This document shows positions 57,663 to 64,000 of a stretch of 64,000 bases of DNA, in pieces (position 1 is the first letter of the stretch; each line of letters begins with the position of its first letter). The notes beneath the pieces were generated by a model, which was not told the origin of the DNA, did no database searches, and worked only from the letters and a program-made list of their open reading frames with translations. The position numbers and the translations under genes are program-made. This DNA is from Roseimicrobium gellanilyticum. GTDB lineage: Bacteria; Verrucomicrobiota; Verrucomicrobiia; Verrucomicrobiales; Verrucomicrobiaceae. Where the stretch lies: contig NZ_QNRR01000013.1 in the NCBI RefSeq assembly GCF_003315205.1, positions 131,959 to 195,958 on the forward strand. Reading direction: 5' to 3'.

Positions 57663-60149
57663 ATGCCCGGAGGTACCCCCCCACTGCCCATTTCAACGAC
57701 CGCCAGGAAGGCTCTTTGCCCTCTCCTGCTGGCTGGCAGCGTCTGGTGTGGAACCGCAACGCTCCTCCAGGCTGGCCCAGCAGGGGCCCCGACCTCCTCC
57801 GTTGCCGAAAGGGAAGTGGCCCGTCGTGCCGCCCTGATGCAACAGGCCAAAGTCTACATCGCCGAAGCCGCTCTCCTTGAACAGAAAGGGCAGCATGCGG
57901 AGGCCGCCGCCAGCTATCGTGAGGCGTGGAATCTCCTGCCGAATGCTCCCATGGCCGCTTCCCTGCGTGCCGAGGCCCGGGATGGCTACTCCCGCACGGC
58001 GGTGCTCTACGCTCGCCAACTGGCCAAAGAGGCTCGCTATGATGATGCCCGCACCCTGCTGAAATCCGTTCTCGCTGAAGATTTCAATCCGGGATATGCG
58101 GACGCCAAGCAGTTCGAAAAGGAACTGGATGATCCCGACCGCTACGAGCCGGCACTGACTCCGAAGCATGTCAAAGATGTAGCCAGGGTGGAGGAGCAAC
58201 TCCGCTTGGGCTGGAGCCATATCAATCTGGGCAATTTCGACAAGGCGAACGAACGCTTCAAGGAAGCCCTGAGAATCGACCCCTACAACAAGGCCGCCCG
58301 CCGTGGCATGGAGCAGTCGGAGCAGCACAAGGATGACTACTTCGATACCGCGAGGGACCACACCCGCGCCAAAATGCTGTCCGCGGTGGATCAGGGCTGG
58401 GAAGACTCTGTACCGGTCGATTTGTCCAAGCTTTTTGGCGCATCCGCTCAACTGGGCGTGATGGGAGGCACCCGCGAGTCCAATCTGGTGAAGCTGCGCA
58501 CTTTCATGGTGCCCATGGTGGAGCTGCAGGGTGCCGGTCTTGAGGAAGTCGTTGAGTTCCTGCGCATCCGCAGCCGCGAGATTGACCCCCAGAAGAAGGG
58601 CGTGGACTTCGTGCTCAAGGTCGCCCCGGAGTACGCAAACAAGCCCGTGACCCTCAACATGGTGGGCGTGCCGCTAGAGGAAGTGCTCCGGTATGCCACG
58701 GAAATGACCGGTACGATCTACCGGGTGGACGAATTCGCGGTGACCATCACCTCCCGTGCGGAGCGGTCTGATACCCTTGTTTCCCGCAGCTATCGCGTCC
58801 CTCCTGATTTCCTGCAGAACGCCCCGTCCGGTGGAGCCGCTGCTCCTCCTGCCAATCCCTTCGATCCGCAACCGGCGGCCACGGGTCTGACTATTCGGCG
58901 CATGGGCGTGCGGGAGTTCTTGGAGCAGCGCGGTGTGAAGTTCCCCGAAGGCGCTGCGGCATCCTACAGTCCCGCCACGAACATCCTCACCGTGCGCAAC
59001 ACCGAGGAGAATCTGGTGCTCGTCGACGCCATGGTGGACCAAATCGCCAGCGCGGTGCCTCGACAGGTGGAAATCCAGGTGCGGATGGTGGAAATCAACC
59101 AGAACCGCTTCAACGAATTCGGCTTCGACTGGCTTCTGGGACAGTTCAATCTGCCTGGCACGGAGAAGGTCTTCGGCAGCGGCGGCACGGTCGGCAATCA
59201 GCGTAACGCTCCCTTCGCGAGTTCTGACTTCGGTCTTGGCTATCCCGGTACAAACGTTCCGATTGGCGTGAATCCCATCACCTCGGGCCTGCGCAGCTCT
59301 GGAGCCATTCTGGGAACGCCATCGATTGACGGCCTCATCGGCCAGAGAAGAAATGTGGGCCTGGATTCCCGCTCGCCCGGCACTTTCTCCGTGACGGGGG
59401 TCTTCACCGACCCACAGTTCCAGATGGTGCTGCGCACGCTCGACCAGAACAAGGGTGTGGATTTCCTCGTCGCTCCGAATGTGGTCACCAAGAGCGGCCA
59501 GCGCGCCCGGGTGTCCGTCTCGCGTGAGTTCATCTACCCTACTGAGTTCGACCCGCCACAGATTCCCCAGAGCCTGGGTTCTTCTGAGACCGTTACCATC
59601 GTCAATGGTGTTCCTGTAAGCGTGGAAGTGAATGGCCCGGGCGTGGTTCCCGTGACCCCGACTACGCCAACCGCATTCGAGATGCGCGAGGTCGGTGTGA
59701 TTCTCGAGGTGGAACCCGTGGTGGGACCGGACAATCGCACGGTGGAACTCAACCTCGTCCCGAGCCTGGTCGAGTTTGAGGGTTTCATCAACTACGGCAC
59801 CCCCATCACACTGACCGGTTCCGATGTGCCGCCCAACACCATCGCGACGCCCAACGAAATCCTGCAGCCCATCTTCCGTACCAACAAGATCTCCACGAAT
59901 GTGACCGTGTATGACGGCCAGACGGTGGTGCTGGGTGGAGTGATGTACGAAAAGCGCCAGGACATCGATGACAAGGTCCCCATCATCGGTGACATCCCCA
60001 TCATCGGTCGCGCTTTCCAGAGCCAGCTCGGCAATGTGGAAAAGAAGAACGTGCTCTTCTATGTGTCCGTGAAGATTCTTGATCCGGGTGGCAATCGCGT
60101 AAACCCGATCATGACGGTCGAAGAAGGCGCGGCGACGGTGGCGCGCTAA
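57663..60149 (+). CDS. Secretin-family outer-membrane channel protein (GspD/PilQ-like) with an N-terminal TPR-like region.
   Basis: C-terminal secretin domain signature …TVVLGGVMYEKRQDIDDKVPIIGDIPIIGRAFQS…VLFYVSVKIL. Start ATG 57663 (signal MPGGTPPLPISTTARKALCPLLLAGSVWCG). Confidence 0.8.
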   Translation: MPGGTPPLPISTTARKALCPLLLAGSVWCGTATLLQAGPAGAPTSSVAEREVARRAALMQQAKVYIAEAALLEQKGQHAEAAASYREAWNLLPNAPMAASLRAEARDGYSRTAVLYARQLAKEARYDDARTLLKSVLAEDFNPGYADAKQFEKELDDPDRYEPALTPKHVKDVARVEEQLRLGWSHINLGNFDKANERFKEALRIDPYNKAARRGMEQSEQHKDDYFDTARDHTRAKMLSAVDQGWEDSVPVDLSKLFGASAQLGVMGGTRESNLVKLRTFMVPMVELQGAGLEEVVEFLRIRSREIDPQKKGVDFVLKVAPEYANKPVTLNMVGVPLEEVLRYATEMTGTIYRVDEFAVTITSRAERSDTLVSRSYRVPPDFLQNAPSGGAAAPPANPFDPQPAATGLTIRRMGVREFLEQRGVKFPEGAAASYSPATNILTVRNTEENLVLVDAMVDQIASAVPRQVEIQVRMVEINQNRFNEFGFDWLLGQFNLPGTEKVFGSGGTVGNQRNAPFASSDFGLGYPGTNVPIGVNPITSGLRSSGAILGTPSIDGLIGQRRNVGLDSRSPGTFSVTGVFTDPQFQMVLRTLDQNKGVDFLVAPNVVTKSGQRARVSVSREFIYPTEFDPPQIPQSLGSSETVTIVNGVPVSVEVNGPGVVPVTPTTPTAFEMREVGVILEVEPVVGPDNRTVELNLVPSLVEFEGFINYGTPITLTGSDVPPNTIATPNEILQPIFRTNKISTNVTVYDGQTVVLGGVMYEKRQDIDDKVPIIGDIPIIGRAFQSQLGNVEKKNVLFYVSVKILDPGGNRVNPIMTVEEGAATVAR

Positions 60150-60290
60150 GGTTGATTGCCAGCCGCAGCGGCACACAAAAGAAACACCGTGCGTCCCGTC
60201 ACGTTAGGGACGAAGGACTTTTCAGCGGAGCGCGGACAAGAGTGTCCGCACTCCTTTGAGAATTCCGGCATTCCACCTGGGAATGCCCGC

Positions 60291-61646
60291 CTACCACAGC
60301 GCCATCTGCTCGCCGCCTTCGGGAGTCACTATTTCTGACTGGGGCAGTTCGCGGGTGAGACTCTGCTGGAACCACGTTTGCGCCGGCGGGTCGCCATGCA
60401 CGAGGAGCACCTTGGCAGGAGCGACCTGCTTCACGTACTCCACAATGCTCTCGCGCGTGGAATGCGCGCTGAAATCATAGCTCTCCACGCGGCTGTTGAC
60501 TTCGACTGCAGGCAGCTTTGGATCGAGCACCACGAGCTCACCGGGCTTGGCATTTCTCACACGATAACCGGGCGTGAGCGGGTCCGTGTAGCCGACGAAG
60601 GCCACGGTGTTGCGAGGGTTCGGCAGGAACTGGCGCGCGAACTGGTTCGAAGTGGTACCCTCGCTCATCATGCCGCTGGAGAGGGCATAGATGGTCTGCG
60701 GATTGTAGGTGAGCTCCTTCTTCCGTTTGCGCGGGGCCACGAGCGTACGCATGTCTTCGAGGATGCGGAAGCCCTCGTAGTTGCGCCGGGTCTTGTGCGC
60801 GTACTGGTCGTAGGTGACGGTGACCTTGGTGCTCAAGCCACCAATGACCACCGGCGCCGGCGGGATGAGCTCCATCTCCACGAGCTCATGCATCATCACG
60901 AGCACTTCCTGGGATTTGCCCAGGGCGAAGACGGGAATGAGCACGGCGCCATTGGCCTGGAACGTTTCGCGGATGGCCTTGCCGAGCCGTTCCTTTTCCG
61001 AGCGGCGGGTGAAGTCCTCGGGACGCTGGTAATCACCACGCGTGGTCTCGATGATCAACACATCAATGTCTTCCGTGGGGAAGTCTGCCCCCTTGGTGAT
61101 GGTCTGGGATTCGAAATTGACGTCGCCGGAGTAGAAGAGCGTCTTGCCCTCATGCCGCAAGCGCACCCCCACAGAGCCCATGATGTGGCCGGCATCAAAA
61201 AAGGTGCACTCCACATTGGTGCCCGGGAGGATGAAGGGTTTGCGCAGGTCGCGGTAGTCCCACTGCGACACGATACCGTCGATCTCCTTGTGCGTGAAGA
61301 GCGGGTACTCGTGAATCTGCAACTCATCCCGCTGGCTGGACATCACGTTCACGGAATTGTGCAGCATGCCCGCGGTGAGTTCACCGGTAGCCTCGGTCAT
61401 GAAGACCGGCGTCTTCGGCTGCTGGCGCTGCAGCACGGGCAGCGACCCGATGTGATCGTGGTGCGCATGCGTGATGATGATGGCATCCACACTGTCATAG
61501 GGCACGGAGCTGAAGTTGGGCAGTGACTCCAGCCCTTTTTCACGAGGGTGCGCGCCGGCATCGAGGATGATGCGGCTGCCGCCTGCTTCGATGAGGTAGG
61601 AGTTTGCGCCGATTTCCTTGCGGCGCAGCAAACTGCGAAATGTCAT
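60291..61646 (-). CDS. Metallo-beta-lactamase / beta-CASP family ribonuclease (RNase J / CPSF-like).
   Basis: HAHHDH motif. Downstream D, H (beta-CASP motifs A-C). C-terminal RNA-metabolising MBL region. 451 aa. Confidence 0.8.
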   Translation of the reverse strand: MTFRSLLRRKEIGANSYLIEAGGSRIILDAGAHPREKGLESLPNFSSVPYDSVDAIIITHAHHDHIGSLPVLQRQQPKTPVFMTEATGELTAGMLHNSVNVMSSQRDELQIHEYPLFTHKEIDGIVSQWDYRDLRKPFILPGTNVECTFFDAGHIMGSVGVRLRHEGKTLFYSGDVNFESQTITKGADFPTEDIDVLIIETTRGDYQRPEDFTRRSEKERLGKAIRETFQANGAVLIPVFALGKSQEVLVMMHELVEMELIPPAPVVIGGLSTKVTVTYDQYAHKTRRNYEGFRILEDMRTLVAPRKRKKELTYNPQTIYALSSGMMSEGTTSNQFARQFLPNPRNTVAFVGYTDPLTPGYRVRNAKPGELVVLDPKLPAVEVNSRVESYDFSAHSTRESIVEYVKQVAPAKVLLVHGDPPAQTWFQQSLTRELPQSEIVTPEGGEQMALW

Positions 61647-61662
61647 GTGGATGAGGTCTAAC

Positions 61663-61682
61663 TAAAAATCGCGCCGCGGCGC
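61663..61682 (-). terminator. Palindromic GC hairpin (TCGCGCCGCGGCGCGA) followed by a T-run on the minus strand. Likely terminator for the CHASE2-like gene.
   Basis: Perfect 7-bp GC stem, with AAAAA on the + strand immediately upstream (T-tract in the minus sense). Confidence 0.4.
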
Positions 61683-61877
61683 GAGCCGGATTCCCTACGG
61701 GCAAAAAAGGAGCTTGGCAAGCGGAGGTGCAAAGGGGGGGCACCTTGTCGCTCCGTCCGGCTGGAGCGTATGAAGGGTCCCTGGGCCGTTGCAGGGACGC
61801 TGGATGTGGCGGGCTGCATTGGATTCAATACAGAGGCACGAAGATGAACACACCCCTGCACCTTCCGACTCTCACCG

Positions 61878-63155
61878 CTACGCCGCCGCATCCCCAACCA
61901 CGTCAGACAAATCCTGCGCCTTCGGCTCCGGAGCCGCCCGCTTGCGATGCGGCCACAAAAAACAAAACAGCGTGGTCGTGGCAAGCACGACGGTGGCCGG
62001 TGCGGGTGACCACCACCAGAGGGAGGACTGGAAGGTGAGCATGCAAACGATGGCTGCCAGCGCTGCGAGCAGGATGCCGGCAAGCAGGGCCTTGATGCGG
62101 CCACGACGAAACTGCCAGAGCGAGAACAGCGCCATGGCTCCTGCGAATGCCCACTCTCCCCACTGCGGTGCCCGGTGCAGGTGCGGTACGGCGAGCGCCT
62201 GCGCGATGGCCCGGGCCTGAGCCTGGGCAAAGGCACCGATGCCAATCACGACCACCTTGCCCTTCCCCAGAACATCCGTGGAGGTGTCCGGCACGGAGTC
62301 ATCGATGCGCGGTGTCAGCAGCATGAGCGCATCGAGCTTCGGCACGGTGGGTTTGTCATCCAGGACCATGGAGCCGCCTTTGTCGAGCGGTACCACATGC
62401 GTATCACTGAGGCTCAACCGTGCTCCGGGGCCGAAGCGCAGATGGAGATTGAAAGAAGCCATGCGCAGGAACCGCGATACAGTCTGCGCTGGGAGAGTCG
62501 GGACGAGATGCGAGCCATCACTGACCACGAACGGCAGGGCCTCATACGATTCCTTCACCGCAGTGCCGGGCAGCACGCGTGCGATGCCCACTTCCGTGCC
62601 GATGCGCAGGGCCTTGTCCGGCAGATGGGACACGCTTTGGAAGGTCGTTCCCGCTTGGGAGAAGTCACCCGCCTGGGCACGGAAGAACGGCAAGCCACTG
62701 GAGACAAACTCCTGCTGCTCGGGCGACGACTCTGCCTTCTCTGTGGAAACATCGAAGCCCAACACAACGGATGGCACGGGAAGCAGCAACTCGCGGAGCT
62801 TTCCAATGAACTGCGCGTCCGACGCCTCCCAGCGCAGTGGCTCGACAAACGCGATGACCTCCGGATTCGCCGGGGCGAGCTTCTTCATCAGCATGATGTA
62901 ATCCAGCGGTGCGGGTGGCCACGCGCTGAACTCAGCCTTGTCCTCCTCCCGGAATTCAACCAGAACCACATCCGCAGACGAATCCGGCACTGCCTTCTGG
63001 AAACTCTCCTGCGAATTCGCCATGAGGAAGTCCAGGAAGCCCTGCTCAAACTCCCGCACGCGCCCCTGATACTCAGGAGACATGCGCAAAGCAATGACAT
63101 GCCCCACCAAGGCCGCCGTGAGCAGGACAGCAAAGGTGGTGACGCGCGCTTTCAT
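61878..63155 (-). CDS. CHASE2-like extracytoplasmic sensor domain protein (signal/TM, ~330-aa periplasmic domain, three C-terminal TMs, no output domain).
   Basis: The topology matches CHASE2. The periplasmic domain has no other recognisable fold. Confidence 0.5.
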   Translation of the reverse strand: MKARVTTFAVLLTAALVGHVIALRMSPEYQGRVREFEQGFLDFLMANSQESFQKAVPDSSADVVLVEFREEDKAEFSAWPPAPLDYIMLMKKLAPANPEVIAFVEPLRWEASDAQFIGKLRELLLPVPSVVLGFDVSTEKAESSPEQQEFVSSGLPFFRAQAGDFSQAGTTFQSVSHLPDKALRIGTEVGIARVLPGTAVKESYEALPFVVSDGSHLVPTLPAQTVSRFLRMASFNLHLRFGPGARLSLSDTHVVPLDKGGSMVLDDKPTVPKLDALMLLTPRIDDSVPDTSTDVLGKGKVVVIGIGAFAQAQARAIAQALAVPHLHRAPQWGEWAFAGAMALFSLWQFRRGRIKALLAGILLAALAAIVCMLTFQSSLWWWSPAPATVVLATTTLFCFLWPHRKRAAPEPKAQDLSDVVGDAAA

Positions 63156-63197
63156 AGAGTCGGATGGGAGAGCCGGAAGGATGCGTGCCTCAAGACA

Positions 63198-64000
<803 letters not shown>

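Overview
This 64-kb window is high-GC (about 60%) and gene-dense. It most likely comes from a Verrucomicrobiota (PVC superphylum) chromosome. Two things point that way: a PSCyt-DUF1549-DUF1553 / DUF1501 gene pair, and a TGTTC-N4-GAACA LexA-type palindrome. I support about 50 protein-coding genes. Most are housekeeping: rpe, folD, ilvE, murI, rlmN, a zinc alcohol dehydrogenase, an RND pump, an APC permease, an M29 aminopeptidase and a Y-family DNA polymerase. There are also peptidoglycan-related genes: pbpC (PBP1C), a 1995-aa bacterial alpha-2-macroglobulin, an amidase, a LysM lipoprotein and an AmgK/MurU-like kinase plus nucleotidyltransferase pair. I found no rRNA, tRNA or CRISPR.

The most interesting items, in my view:
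- An IS200-like / RAYT-type tyrosine transposase flanked by ~120-bp inverted REP-like hairpin arrays, inserted exactly between the alpha-2-macroglobulin and pbpC genes.
- A perfect Verrucomicrobia-type LexA box abutting the Y-family polymerase start.
- Several large nested inverted-repeat elements in intergenic regions. One is ~208 bp, MITE-like or ncRNA-like, and ends in a U-tract.
- An array of CAGT / ACTG short tandem repeats upstream of a cupin gene.
- Two paralogous polytopic membrane proteins bracketing the PSCyt-DUF1549-DUF1553 / DUF1501 pair.
- An orphan secretin with an N-terminal TPR-like region, divergent from a secreted papain-like protein.

All calls rest on reading the six-frame translations and the DNA by eye. 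I ran no database searches.
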